Assembly (NCBI GenBank): GCA_010015805.1
Contig: ML978123.1
Location: 1,798,001 to 1,862,000, forward strand
DNA from: Rhizodiscina lignyota
Taxonomy: Eukaryota
Direction of reading: 5' to 3'
Length of the DNA stretch: 64,000 nt
Part shown: positions 13,707 through 25,930 of the stretch, one piece after another
Numbering within the stretch: the first letter of the stretch is position 1
How the letters are laid out: each line of letters begins with the position of its first letter
Notes under the pieces: model-generated
Database searches by the model: none
Told to the model about the DNA's origin: nothing
Seen by the model: only the letters and a program-made list of their open reading frames with translations
Position numbers and translations under genes: made by a program

Positions 13707-14803
13707 GACAGACAAAGAGCAGGTGTCGCCCCTATGCAAAAGTCAGGAGGCTTTGCGGAGCGTTTGTCCACGGTGACGCTCAAGCGCGAGTGGTGCTAGC
13801 GGAAGGATGGAAGGTTACACGGGTTCTGGATTGTATTATAGTTGGGTTTCGACTGCTACAAACTTGCAGATAACGAATAACGAATCTATGACACCGCAAG
13901 CCCTTACGTGCAGAAGGATTAGGCGATTATTGGATGGCACGACGGAGACGATTCCGGGTTATGTCCCATTCGCCCTCCGATGAGTCCCATCGCCATAAAT
14001 AGAGCCCGTTGCAATTCCACACACTTGCCTCGTACTTAGCGAAAGATATGGTACAATTCAGCTCCTCTGTAACCATCGATTAGTTGTTTCACCATGCTAT
14101 AATTACAATGCCATTCTCGTAGCTTCCCACGCCTCGCTAGACATCTCCAGCTTACGCCCGTCCATGTGCAAGGCGCCGCAGGGACCATGCGCTGCTGGGA
14201 TCAGCTTTCGAGCGTGAACTTGGCAGCCGGAGCGGCTTTTGACGGGTCGGTTTGCTTCTCGATCTTCGTCGCCTCCTCCGTCTGCGTAGCATGATCAACA
14301 GAGGGGCTGTCATGAGACGATTGCTCATCTGATATCGCGGGGCAAACAGTCGTCATATATCGACCATTGTAGAGATGCACGGGAGCAGCAGCAGCAGAGT
14401 ACGGGATGATGTCAAAAGCACCCACGCACGTTGACTATTACTAGCGGCTAAGGAGATTGCACGCCCGCAAAGCAACGACTCGCCGCTCGGACGTTCGTTG
14501 CTCAACAACAACATTTTGGCCGCTTCTTCGCGCCATCTGAAGCTGTATCGGTGTCTGACACCATCAATTGACCTTCCCGTGCGCCCTGAAGACACTGTGT
14601 TCAGCGTCAAGCGCGCTCGAATCCATTTCTCCATGGATGCATGAGCTTCGGCTCCATCATCGTGCAGCAACGGCGACGGCGAGGCGGGGTGAGCTTGGGA
14701 CAGCTTCAATCACACCAGCTTCTCCCTCAACCACTCGTCGAAAGACCTTTCCTTCATAGTCGCTCTTTTGCGAAAAAGCCGTGTGCGAATTCAAAATTCC
14801 ACA

Positions 14804-17800
14804 ATGGCCAGCCTTGGTGGTGAAGACGTTTACTGCACGGTATGCAAAGAAATGGAATCCGAAGTCCGAGTCCTTGCAGCATAGAAACTGACTAGCTTCT
14901 AGCTCCTCATGAGCGATTCTTATCTGCCAGGTAACGTCGTACCGCACCTAATTCATCATCCATGTACTTACGGACTACTACAGGAGCTGTAGTACTAGCA
15001 CATTCGTTACGAGATGCAGGAACGAAGAAGAAACTGGCTTGTTTAATTACGCTCGACACCCTCTCCGCAGACACAATCACCGAGCTCAGAGTGAGTTTGC
15101 AATCCCCTATTTTATCTCGATACAAGCCTAATGGTTGTTTGACAGGAGCTGTATGACTACCTAATACCTGTCGAGCGTATTGCCAATCCACAACCTGCCA
15201 ACCTCTACTCTATGCAGAGACCCGATCTACTCTTTGCATTTACGAAAATTGCCCTCTGGAGACAAACGCAGTTTCGGAAGATAGTCTACATTGATGCCGA
15301 TGTTGTTGCACTACGCGCTCCCGACGAGCTGTTCAACATTGAAGCCCCCTTCGCCGCAGCACCCGATATTGGCTGGCCGGATGCTTTCAACAGCGGTGTC
15401 ATGGTCATTACACCAAATATGGGGGATTACTGGGCACTTCAGACATTGGCAGCCAGCGGAGACAGCTTCGACGGAGCAGACCAGGGGCTGCTAAACCAAT
15501 ACTACGAACATCGAGGGTGGGAGAGGATAAGCTTCACATACAACTGCACACCAAACGCCCAGTATCAGTGGGAGCCGGCGTACAAGTACTACAAGAGCAG
15601 AATAGCAATGGTACACTTCATAGGCACAGACAAGCCGTGGGTAAAAGGGCGGCATGTGAGAGGCCCAGGTACCTACAATGATTTGCTGAGCCGGTGGTGG
15701 GCGGTTCACGATCGACATCTGAAGCCGGTAAGTACGTAAATGGAGACGTCTTTTGCAATGGCTGAGTTACTACCAAGGTCTTCACTCCCGAGGCTCCGCT
15801 GCCAGCACCAAGCGTTGTTGAGAGGTATGTTGAAGGCGAAAATATTGGCCAACAGGTTGCACAATCCGAGCCTCCACCCCCACCAGAGGCACCTCCCCTA
15901 TCGACGGAAGAGCCCTTCTCAGAGCCTGGAGAAAGGGTGGAAAACATAGAACAAGGCAGAGAACAACCAGTCCCAACTGTCGAGCAGCGAAGATTCTCCG
16001 CTCCAAAGATACAGTGGGATGCCACACGGTACATCTTTCCCCCCCTTATTATTAATCAACCATTACGATGCTTTGATGAAGATGCTCATTGCATTGGAAC
16101 TTTGAACTGACCGACGAGCAGTTCCGAGCCTCCGAGGGAATCTATCCCAGAGGCTGCGAACTTCCCAAGTCAGACATATGACTTTTCGGCCTCGAGACAA
16201 CTTTTCCAGGCACCAGCGGCGTATCCAGAACCGCCGAAGGACATGTGGTACGATTTACCAGCCACAAAACCGACTCCGCAAGTTGTGCCAAAGCCAATCT
16301 TCCCGTGGGAACGAGAGCGTGGCCCTCAGAAGCCAACCAGGATATTTGCCGAGGACCTTCAAGCACCAGAGTCACCAAAGGTCAGCACACCCACACTAAT
16401 CTTGACCCCTACGCGAGAAGAGGGCGACAGCAGGAGTACGACACCTACGCCGCAAGAGATTGTCCCAGAAGACCCAATTTCCCCGCAACCGTTCGCGCCT
16501 ACAGATAATGCATGGGACCATGTCGCTGGCATTGAACGCTATGTACGAGCGGTTCTCGGCGCGCAGAATAAGGCCAAGCCAACGGCCCCAACGATTCCGG
16601 CTGGACTCGCAGGAATGGGCATCTTATCCCCTTCATCACCATCACCGGGGCGGCCATCCGCCGGAGGTGCATCTGGAGATCGACAAAGACGGAAAGAGAG
16701 TTTAATACTAACAGATTTCCCCTCCGCGGTGGAGCGACCGAGTCTTCCAGTAACGCCAGCGCCGATACGAAGGCCAACATTCTGGGGCGAGGAAAGGGAT
16801 GATAGAGGTAATCTGCCAGCTGCAGAAGGTGTTCCGGATCAAGTTGATTGGGTATGTCCGTCTTGTGGATTTGTTGCAGACAGTCCTATTGCATTTGCGA
16901 GACCTAGGCGTGAGCACGTTCATAAAGAGGAGCTGGACTTGGAGCCTTTGCCAGATGCGGAACCGGATCTTGCCGAGGAGGTAGAGTACTACCCGGACGA
17001 GCCAGAGACCATCGTTCAGCTGGGAGAAACACAACCTGAGGATGAGTCTGAGCCGCAAGCTGGAATTGCACAATCTTTGAGAGACGCCTTGGTTGAATCC
17101 AAACCCGAAGCGAAACCAGTACCCCAACAGGAATCAGAGCAAGCTACTGAGATACCAACGACGGCGGCCACCGAGATGGATATAACTGAAGCAGTACTTC
17201 CGGTGATAATGGACGCGAAGCACGAACGACACAGTAGCTCGGCTGACTCCGGATTCTCAGTCGCAAGCACCATGGTAGAACCCAGTATTCCGGCCGTCGC
17301 AGAAGCGCCTTCTGTTCCTCCACGGCCTCGACCTCAGAATACGGGTCCCTTCTGGATGCCGTCCTACGCTCCTCTTCGTACCGAGCCGAAAGACACAATG
17401 TCCTATGGAACCATAATCAACATCCCCGAGCAGGCCGTCGTATCAACTCCACCAGCAGAGGTTCGCTCAGAACCGCAGACCGAAGTTTATCCAGATCCGC
17501 CGCTCAAAGTCCCTTCAGATCTTCCTGCCGATCCTTCAGATCCACCAGTCGAAGTTCCCTCAGACCCGCCCGTCAAAGCTCCCTCAGATCCGCCAATCGA
17601 AGTTCCCTCAGACCTGTCAATGAAGGCTCCCTCAGATCCACCAGTTGAAGTTCCCTCAGATCCCTCAGATCCTGATCTCCAAGAAGGCCCCGGCCCAGCT
17701 CCTCAAACCTCTGCTCCATAGCCTCGACGTTCTCGGTCTCGCTGTAAATTATCATCATATATAATCATATGTCTGCGTATTTGGTGTACTACTTATTCCT

Positions 17801-18337
17801 AGCACACGTCCATTCTCGTACCTCTTATACAGCGCGTATATTATCATATCAGCCCTCTCGGCTTGCTTCGCTTCGCATTCGCTTCCATATACCCGTACGC
17901 TTACATCCGCTTTCCCAAAGGATCCCGCAAAACAGCTCGAGTCGCTGCGCCGCTCGTCACTCATCGAATTCGAATCGCTCAACCTCATCGACCCTAACAA
18001 GATTACGTCCCCGAAGCGCGAGCTGCCCGAGCACAGCGTCCCAACGCCTCCACCGAAAAAGGGCCTAGCGGCACAAGAGGTCACGACCAGCCCGCCTGTT
18101 GAGGAAGAAGAGATAGAAATCAAGGCGCCAGTGGCGCAGAGAGATTTTGGATACCCACCAGCAGTTGCGTCGGCAGTTGAGGAAGAGCCGCCAAGTGAGG
18201 GGAAATTGACGTTCAGGGAGCCGAATTTTGGGAAGGGAGAAGAGGAGGATGTTGGGACAGAGCAGATCGAGAGCATGGCATCGGAGCTAGAGGTTGAGGC
18301 GGATGATGGATACTTCAAGAGTCCGACTGAAGCTTGA
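14804..18337 (+). CDS. Glycogenin (GT8 self-glucosylating initiator) with long Pro-rich C-terminus; two possible terminal exons (stop at 17721 or 18337)
   Basis: EDVYCTLLMSDSYLPGAVVLAHSLRD, FTKIALWRQTQFRKIVYIDAD, FNSGVMV, SFDGADQGLLN, HFIGTDKPW, LTDFPSAVERPSLPVTPAPIRRPTFWGEERD. Confidence 0.92.
17480..17675 (+). repeat. Imperfect 24-bp coding tandem repeat (PSDPP(V/I)(E/K)(V/A) units)
   Basis: Repeated CCCTCAGA(T/C)CC(A/G)CC cores encoding PSDPPVEV PSDPPVKA PSDPPIEV PSDLSMKA PSDPPVEV. Confidence 0.85.
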
Positions 18338-18853
18338 AGTTGTCGTCGGAAATGGTGGTCGGTCAGGTTTCGTTGCGACAATTTCCCATTCTCTTTTCAC
18401 TGCAACGACTTTTACTCTCTTCTCGGTTTAACGATTTCAGCGTGCTGCTGCTGTACCGATATGGGCGGATACCTTGTCGCTTGGGGGTTTTCACAGGTTG
18501 CGTTTTGGCGGATGGTGAAATTGATCCCTTCTGTACATGTAGCACGATGCGATGCTTTCACGTTGGTACCAGGTACTCTCATACTTTCTACAGTACAGCA
18601 TAGCGATGCTTTTCCTTTAGTAACGAATCTAATCTATTGTACAAAGTTGAGTACTTTCGTCTCCCGCCCACCCATTAGTCTTCACCATTGACCCCTGCAG
18701 TGCACGCATGTGACTTTGCCAGGCATAATTCATGAGCACTACGGCGCAGCGATGCTGAAAGGGAGGCTCTCTGTTGCAATAATCCGCCCGCCTAATTCTT
18801 CCCGTAATTTCAAGCGGAATGGTACGAGTCCCAACTTTGAGCCATCACGCATT

Positions 18854-19975
18854 TTAGAAAAGCCCTAGAAGCGGGAAAACTCGTCTGTCTTTCACAGCCT
18901 CCTCTCCGAATCTTTTCGCGTACCACTCCCTAGTTTCGATGGCAGTAACACCCAGATTCACGACCACCAACACCAACGCACAGGAGAGCGTCTTGTTGGC
19001 CCAATGGCCCTCTGGCGCAGCCATAAAGGTCAAGTAGCCATAAGTGGACATCTCAACGAGATAATGAGGTGTAAACGTGGCTTTGAAGGGTCCGTAATCA
19101 GGGAGGCTATATTTGGGTTGGGCGACATTGGAGTTCGCTTGACCGCGAGGGCGTGTGCGGAGGTTGTAGAGGTACCGGTGTAACTTGTGTTGAAGCCACA
19201 TGGAGCGAATAGCCAGGACTCCTGTGCAGATGAAGGCTGCTAAGAACCAGCTACGGTGGGCGAAGCTGAGCTCAGGTCTCCGTCCCAAGAGGCAGGCTGG
19301 AAATGAAGTTAGCAACAGGTCGCAAATGCAAGAGCATCCAGAAGACACATACGGCTGCCTTCAATCCACACGCCGACGCCGACTGCGAGGTAAAACAGCA
19401 TGCCCATGATGTAATGTCCAACCCACATCCGCGAGTCCGAGTTCGTTCGAAAAGCGACACACTCATAAAGACGCCGGCAGCCTTGCAACGCCATCATCAT
19501 CTGGAGAATCACGATTTGCATTTTATCCATGCTGGGCCTGGCGGGATCAACGCTTTCGGCGAGAAGGCGGAAAGGAAGGCTGTTGGTCCAAATCACATAG
19601 AGCCAGAACAGGTTAGATGCCACGGAGGCAACATAGAAGTGAGTGAACCAGCTACGAGGAACAGTTAACGTGGAAAAGTAGTCCAGGAATGCTGAGAATC
19701 CGCCTCCGTTTCGCTCGCCTCCGTTCGACGCTGGCTTCTCGGGATCGTTCTTGGGATCTGAAGTCGCTCTGGCACCGTAGGCAAGGAAGCGGTTGCGAAA
19801 AGCTGGGACGTTGTAGACAAACAGCACCTGGTGAGAGAATAAGAGTTTAGCAACGGCATCAATTGATATGGTGAGCTACAGTGGCGGCCGAGAGAATGAA
19901 AATGGAGCGGAGAACGACAACGGCGTCGACAGCAGCCGTCATGCTGTCGAGCATTGCTATCGAGCTGTCCGGCAT
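18854..19975 (-). CDS. DFG10: Polyprenol/polyprenal reductase (steroid 5-alpha-reductase family, Dfg10/SRD5A3-like)
   Basis: FLAYGAR, TVPRSWFTHFY, QGCRRLYEC, SRMWVGHY, PHYLVE, VVVNLG, WYAKRFG; two introns. Confidence 0.8.
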
Positions 19976-20950
19976 TTCACAAGATGTGTTATCGCTCTCT
20001 ACGATCGGAAAAGCCTCTGAACGAGAGTCCTCGCACGAGGATGCAGCCTGGCTGAGGTCGGGTGCTGATTAAGTCCCATTCGACAGGACGGCGCACTCGT
20101 GACAACGGGCTGAACGTCGTGCTGATGGGAGTATGGAGCGCTGTGAGCGTGTTATTTCCGCGGTCGATCAGCTGGTCAGATGGGTAAAAGTGGTTGTCGA
20201 TGTCAAGAGCGCCCGAGGAAGGAGAATTGAAAAGAGGAGGCGAGCGCCGCTTTCAGCAACAGATCGGCAGCCAGCATGACGAGCACTGACAATGTTATCG
20301 AGCCAATTGCCGTGCGGGCTAACGGCTAGTTCTGGCGGGACTTCATGCGGTGACTGCGGGTGAGCACGAATCACAGCTGCCCGTCTGGTTACCCGTAATT
20401 TTTCGCCATTTGCCCCTGCTGTTACTCATTTGCGCCAGCCTCGCTGCCACCGCTGAATGCCATCCATCCTGAGCCTTCACCGGTACACAATTTCCCCATC
20501 ATAAGGCGGGCCGATGGGGCAGACGGGCGTCAACGCAGCCCGCATGGCGAGGCGTTTGTCTGGTACAGCCCTTTTAGCTCCCTCGTATGCACTGAGCCTT
20601 GAGATTCCGGGACGACATGGGGCCAAGTCCAAGGCGACGAAAGCAGGGTAGTCCTTACTTAAGCAACTCACACGGTTAGACTGGCAGCCTTTCAACTCTT
20701 CGCTGTTGTCTCGGTCGCAATCTGCGTCCTTCCTTCTTACACTCACCACCTACACCTCTCCTACGCCTTTTCCCTACCCAAACCGACCGAAAATCACCCT
20801 CGAAACTGTCCCAGACCAGGCGCGACGCATGCCACTCCCTCTCTTGACTCCATTCCCACGACATAGGCAGTCGTAAAGCTGGCTCTTGTCTCGTTGCTGC
20901 CCAGGCCCGGCCATGATGCAGAAAAATTCGACCTCTTCAGCCTTCCCGTG

Positions 20951-23900
20951 ATGACCAGTGGTATTCTCGCTGGTTCTAACGCTTCACCACACAAGACAGT
21001 GGCTCCTGCGGAGAAGAGTGCCGAAAACCTGCCCGTTCGCAGCCTTTCGCCTCTGAAGAATACATCTGCCTCGCCTCGTCCACCCTCTCCCGTCTCGGCG
21101 AGCGACAAAATAAATTCTGCTACTCATACGGCCAATGACAATGAAGTCGCTAACGGCGTCAATGGCCATAATGAGTCGGAAGCCGAGACGGAGATCCTGT
21201 CGGGCGCTGAGCAGGACAAGACGAAAGGCAAGAGGAAGGTAGTCAAGGCTGAAGAGTGTGGAGATGGTACTCAAACGCGGCCCCTGACTTCTCCGCGTCA
21301 GTCAAGAAGGCAGAGCGACGTCACTGAGCGGGCCAACGGCTCGTCTGAACGCAAGAACGCGGATAGAAACGGGCACAAACGGATTTCGAACGGCGAGCGC
21401 CATGAGAAAGCAGGCCATTCGAAGTCAGCATCGCCCAGCAACCGGTCGCATTCGAAAGCTGCGACAGATTCAACCGATACTGGGCGACAATCTCCGTCCG
21501 TCGATACCGCTCCCTCCCCAACTGTCGCGTCGTCGGACCGGGGTAGGGCCACGTCGATTAGCGGCACGCGCAAACGCAAAATTCGTGAAGAACACCATCT
21601 ACGCAATCTCGAGCCGCCCCGGCAACGCATCAAAAGTGATCTGTCAACAAAGAGCCCCGCGACACACAACCTACGCGGTCAGCCAGCTTCTCCATCTCAA
21701 ACCTCACCTGGCCTCCGATCGCACAAACGCTCACAATCAACGCAATCTATCATCACGAGTGCGCACAACCGCAAGCGGAGAGAATTATCTTCAAATCGAG
21801 AACAAAAGCGGTGGAGATCTGACACCTCATCTGATGCGTCGTCTTCACCTCAGCCAAATACGCCAGCAGCCGCGTTCCAACACCCCAGTACTCGTAAGAA
21901 AAGATCATCACACCGTTCCATGACTTCTCCTACGCGTGCTACTTCTCACCTGGGCCATCCCAAGAAAAATGTAGACAAATTCGGTGCGACGCGTCTCGCT
22001 CGCGAGTGCGAGAAAGGCAACATCGAGGCTGTTCGCGCAGCCTTTGACGCAGCGCCTGAAGAACTCAACCAAGAAGACTTTGCAGGCTTCGCGCCCATTC
22101 AAAAGGCGGCGCTGAACGGCCATGCTGATGTCGTTCAATTCCTCATCTCGAAAGGCTGCCGCACTGATTGCCACTCAAAAGAACACGACACTCCTCTCAT
22201 AGACTCAGTTGAAAACGGTCACCTCGAAGTTGTCAAACTTCTGCTTGACGCGGGTGTTAACCCACACCATCAAAACAAGAAAGGTGAACGCGCCCTCGAC
22301 GTTCTCAACAACGACGAAGACAATGTGGAAGAGATTGAACAAGCTCTACTCAAGGCAATGCGGGAGCATTCAAGCGACGATGACGCTGCCACTGAACCTG
22401 CAGTACCTTCTCGCGATGTCGGGGAGAAATCAGAGCGTAACGACCTCTTGTATCTCGAATCGACGCTCGGTAACCTTCGCAAGTACGCTGCAAAGGGCGA
22501 TGCCGTAGCTGTGGACCACTTCCTCAACAGTGTGGTACCTGATAACGCGTGTGCTATCGCAGCTGCTCGTGGAGGCCACGAGATTGTTCTCAATCTACTC
22601 CTCGCTAGCGCGTCTCCACGGTTGGAACAGGACATGGACCCTTCCAAGCACGACGAAACCCCTCTTACCGTTGCCATTGGCCGCGGTCATCTCGGAGTGC
22701 TCAGAATGCTACTTGACCAGGACAACTTCAACCCAACTCGACGGAACAAAGAGGGAAAGACTTACTTCGAGCTTGCGCAAGAGCGACGAGGACCGAAATG
22801 GCAGCAAGAAGTTGAACTCCTACAAGAGCGCTACGACGAGTTCAAGACAAAGAGACAGGCTGCCAAGAAGAGAGTTATGGGTCCTCATTCTGCCGAAAAG
22901 GCGGCCAAGGTCGCGAAGCTTCGCTCGCCGAAGAGTCCTGAAGCAAGGAAGACTGCTAGAGCACTGTCACCTGCACCTTCCGTTGAAGCAAAGGCGTCCT
23001 CTACGTCTGTCAAAGCAAAGGTGAAGCGGGAGAAGAGTGGCGACGGCATCAGCGCACTGAGAAGAACGTCGGATGACTTGGAACCCAAGCGCAGTAGAGT
23101 CGCCATTGCCAAAGAATTCGGTTCCGCGCGCGACGCAAAAGCAAGGAGAAGACGAGTTGTCGATGACGATGATTCTGACAGCGATCGTGTGGAGGAAGTC
23201 GTCCCAAAGAGAGTTGGACGCCCACCTGGGCGGCCAAGGAAGTCATCTGAGGTGTCGACCAAGAACCCCAAGGCACCTTCCTCTCCTACTGCTCGCAGAG
23301 AGAAGCTGAAGGACAAGGAGAAGCGACATTCCAGTATGTCGAAAGCGAAAGATACGGATAAGGAAAATGAAAAGGAGGACGAGGAAATGGCTGATGCACC
23401 ACTCCCACCCGAACCGATCGTAGTGAAGGAAGTGGTCAAGCAACACACTCCTGAACCTGTCCGTCTCCGTCGCATTGCAGAACAGGAGAAAGAGGCGGCG
23501 CGTCAACGATTGGCGTCCGAGCGCGCACGTTTGGTAGAAGAGCAACGTATTGCAGAGATCAAGCACAAGGAGTGGTTGGCCCGAATTGCGAAGCTGCCGA
23601 ACGCACTGCGAGGTGCATGCGAGAAGGGTCGGAACCGGCCACTGCACTTCAGTGGAGAGGAAATGGGCGTCTCCATGAACTTCCTCCCCATCCACACTGT
23701 TCCTCTCTCACACCTCGATCCTGATTGCAGTGTAGAGAAAAGAGGCGAGGAGTGGATGCTGAGCTTTCAAGCTGTCGGTGTGCTCGGACTGCGTGAGATT
23801 GATGTCACCTCTCAAGAAGCTACGCGCAAGTGGCAGACTCGACCAGTCACGGACGACCAGAAGAAGCGCTTCTTTAAGCATTACGACATCTCTCAGCTAG

Positions 23901-24394
23901 CGCATGAGGTCCAGCCTCCTTGCGAGGACAGCGATGACTTCGACCCTGTGGCCATCGAACAGACAATTGCAGAAACTCGCCAGAAGCTTTTGGCGATGGA
24001 ACCGATGGTGTGGGTCAGATATGACGACCTTGCGCAGGAGGTGGGCAACCAGGAGTGGCTGGAGGGTCTTACTCTCACCAAGACCACATGCAGCGTCTCT
24101 GCTGCAAACGGCGTGGACACCCCTAGGAGCTTTGAGGACATGATACTCGGACTCAAAGGCATCATCCAACAACATCAGGCGGCTGTGCTCACACCGCCGT
24201 CAGTCACGATGGAGGAGGGAAAGATCAACGGCGTCGAGAATATGGAACGCTCACCTCCAGCAACGTCGCCTTCAGCAGTGGTGCCAGACATTCAAGACAC
24301 TCAACGCGAAACTGGAAGCGGTGAAGCGATGGAAGTTGATCAAGAGACCAAGGAGGCGGAAGGTGCGGAAGGTATTCCGGCAGGGGTTGTTTGA
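20951..24394 (+). CDS. HOS4: Large ankyrin-repeat protein, Hos4-like (Set3C histone deacetylase complex); start uncertain
   Basis: Ankyrin repeats (APIQKAALNGH, TPLIDSVENGH, TPLTVAIGRGH) flanked by long S/R/K-rich low-complexity regions, resembling filamentous-fungal Hos4 architecture. Confidence 0.6.
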   Translation: MTSGILAGSNASPHKTVAPAEKSAENLPVRSLSPLKNTSASPRPPSPVSASDKINSATHTANDNEVANGVNGHNESEAETEILSGAEQDKTKGKRKVVKAEECGDGTQTRPLTSPRQSRRQSDVTERANGSSERKNADRNGHKRISNGERHEKAGHSKSASPSNRSHSKAATDSTDTGRQSPSVDTAPSPTVASSDRGRATSISGTRKRKIREEHHLRNLEPPRQRIKSDLSTKSPATHNLRGQPASPSQTSPGLRSHKRSQSTQSIITSAHNRKRRELSSNREQKRWRSDTSSDASSSPQPNTPAAAFQHPSTRKKRSSHRSMTSPTRATSHLGHPKKNVDKFGATRLARECEKGNIEAVRAAFDAAPEELNQEDFAGFAPIQKAALNGHADVVQFLISKGCRTDCHSKEHDTPLIDSVENGHLEVVKLLLDAGVNPHHQNKKGERALDVLNNDEDNVEEIEQALLKAMREHSSDDDAATEPAVPSRDVGEKSERNDLLYLESTLGNLRKYAAKGDAVAVDHFLNSVVPDNACAIAAARGGHEIVLNLLLASASPRLEQDMDPSKHDETPLTVAIGRGHLGVLRMLLDQDNFNPTRRNKEGKTYFELAQERRGPKWQQEVELLQERYDEFKTKRQAAKKRVMGPHSAEKAAKVAKLRSPKSPEARKTARALSPAPSVEAKASSTSVKAKVKREKSGDGISALRRTSDDLEPKRSRVAIAKEFGSARDAKARRRRVVDDDDSDSDRVEEVVPKRVGRPPGRPRKSSEVSTKNPKAPSSPTARREKLKDKEKRHSSMSKAKDTDKENEKEDEEMADAPLPPEPIVVKEVVKQHTPEPVRLRRIAEQEKEAARQRLASERARLVEEQRIAEIKHKEWLARIAKLPNALRGACEKGRNRPLHFSGEEMGVSMNFLPIHTVPLSHLDPDCSVEKRGEEWMLSFQAVGVLGLREIDVTSQEATRKWQTRPVTDDQKKRFFKHYDISQLAHEVQPPCEDSDDFDPVAIEQTIAETRQKLLAMEPMVWVRYDDLAQEVGNQEWLEGLTLTKTTCSVSAANGVDTPRSFEDMILGLKGIIQQHQAAVLTPPSVTMEEGKINGVENMERSPPATSPSAVVPDIQDTQRETGSGEAMEVDQETKEAEGAEGIPAGVV

Positions 24395-25489
24395 AGAAAG
24401 GCAGTTGGCCTACGTCGCTCGCTCGTTGTGGCTTGTTGTATGACGGTTTCTGATTCCCTATGTCGAATGAACGAATGAGCTCTTGGCTCAATACTTACTG
24501 CATAGACCCGAAAACGGCAAAAAGGGTCTCGGCGAACAGGATTGGGCTGGGCTCCTCAGGCCATGGCGGGTATATGGAGCTCGCTTGAGCAATTGCTTGT
24601 TGTCACGTCTATCACGGTAGAATGTCTCTTTAACACATGCGAAATGCAAGAATCGAAAGTATTATTATTGGCGACTGCGTTTGCTCTCGGATTATTTTGA
24701 TATTGCTGTGATGTCGACTTACTGTCAGCATCACTGCTCGAACTAGCAAGATGTCTCGTGGAGCCTGACTCGGTGAGTGCTTGGCTGGAAAAAGCCAATG
24801 GCACCACATCGCGGCGGCATCAATTGTCCGTCTCGTGAGACTCACACCAGCCACAAGCCAAGCTTAGGGACGACTTGGCTCCTGCTTTAAAGTATTTAAC
24901 CTCGACATCCCTATCTCTTGGCTCGACGTTCTGGTCCCTCCCCTCCAACATACCTTGTGCACTTGGCTCATAGGACCGCTCGCTAGCATCCTTCCCCTTT
25001 GTCCCCAGAATCTGACGGCTAAGCACGTTCCCTTTCTATTGGATGTCCGCCGGACAAAGCAGCACCATAGGTCGTCTGTCTGGTGGCATGACCTCACGCT
25101 GATCCTGTGCGGCGTCCAGTCTGGAAGAATCCGATTTCTTATGTCGCCGCTCACCCCACAATTGACGCAAGTGAGGCCCGGATATCGCAGGTGGGTCCGT
25201 CCAGTGGTAAGCCACCGAGAATTGGTGCTCCCATCATAGACCTGCTGTGCTCGACGCGTTTCGTGTCGATGAATATTTAAGCCCAACGTCGCTTTGCGCC
25301 GGGCTTCCTCGGTGTCCACAATCTCCAACTCCGGACTGGTCTCCGTCAGATTTCAATTCGTCTACCGTCTCACTGTTATATCTTGTTTTTTCCGCCGTCC
25401 CCTCTCTCAAAAAGAAGCCCACTTCCATTCAAAACCCCACAAATCGCACACAACCCTCTTGGGCAATTTTCACATATCCTGCATACGTC

Positions 25490-25930
25490 ATGGCAGCAAC
25501 GACAGAAGCTCCACCGCCATTGTACGAGGACATCTCCCCCCTCACGACCACGACGACGAACGGCAGCAGCATAGCCACTCCCGCGCAACCTCGCCCACGC
25601 CGCAGGTCCTCCGCGCAGCAGGCCCCGCCGCCGCAGTACAAGCGCGCGCGTGCCGACGACGAAGCGTATCTCGCTGCACTGCGCGCGTGGGCCGAGGAGA
25701 GGAAGTACGTTGTGCCGGGCGAAGACGGTACGCTGCCGGATATCAGGGGCGGCGTGCGGATGTCGGGCCCGATGACGGTGAGGGAGGAGGATCTGGTGGG
25801 GAGGAGGAAGAAGGAGAGGAAGGATAGTGCTATTGAGGGCGATGGGCAGGAGGGTGAGGGTAGGGAGAGGAGGGGTTCCAGACTGAGTAGAATATTTAGG
25901 AAGATGAGTGGGTCTGCGGAGGGGAGGTGA
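25490..25930 (+). CDS. Small hypothetical protein (~146 aa) with PPxY and RRxS motifs
   Basis: GC-rich coding-like ORF MAATTEAPPPLYEDISP...DDEAYLAALRAWAEERKY... Confidence 0.6.
   Translation: MAATTEAPPPLYEDISPLTTTTTNGSSIATPAQPRPRRRSSAQQAPPPQYKRARADDEAYLAALRAWAEERKYVVPGEDGTLPDIRGGVRMSGPMTVREEDLVGRRKKERKDSAIEGDGQEGEGRERRGSRLSRIFRKMSGSAEGR

Noticed and set aside
14201..14709. Two short minus-strand ORFs upstream of glycogenin
   Set aside because: No recognisable protein features or convincing splice structure; treated as promoter sequence.
9682..24394. Sirtuin and Hos4-like gene as a Set3C complex cluster
   Set aside because: Set3C uses the class I sirtuin Hst1; this sirtuin has class III features, and unrelated genes lie between.
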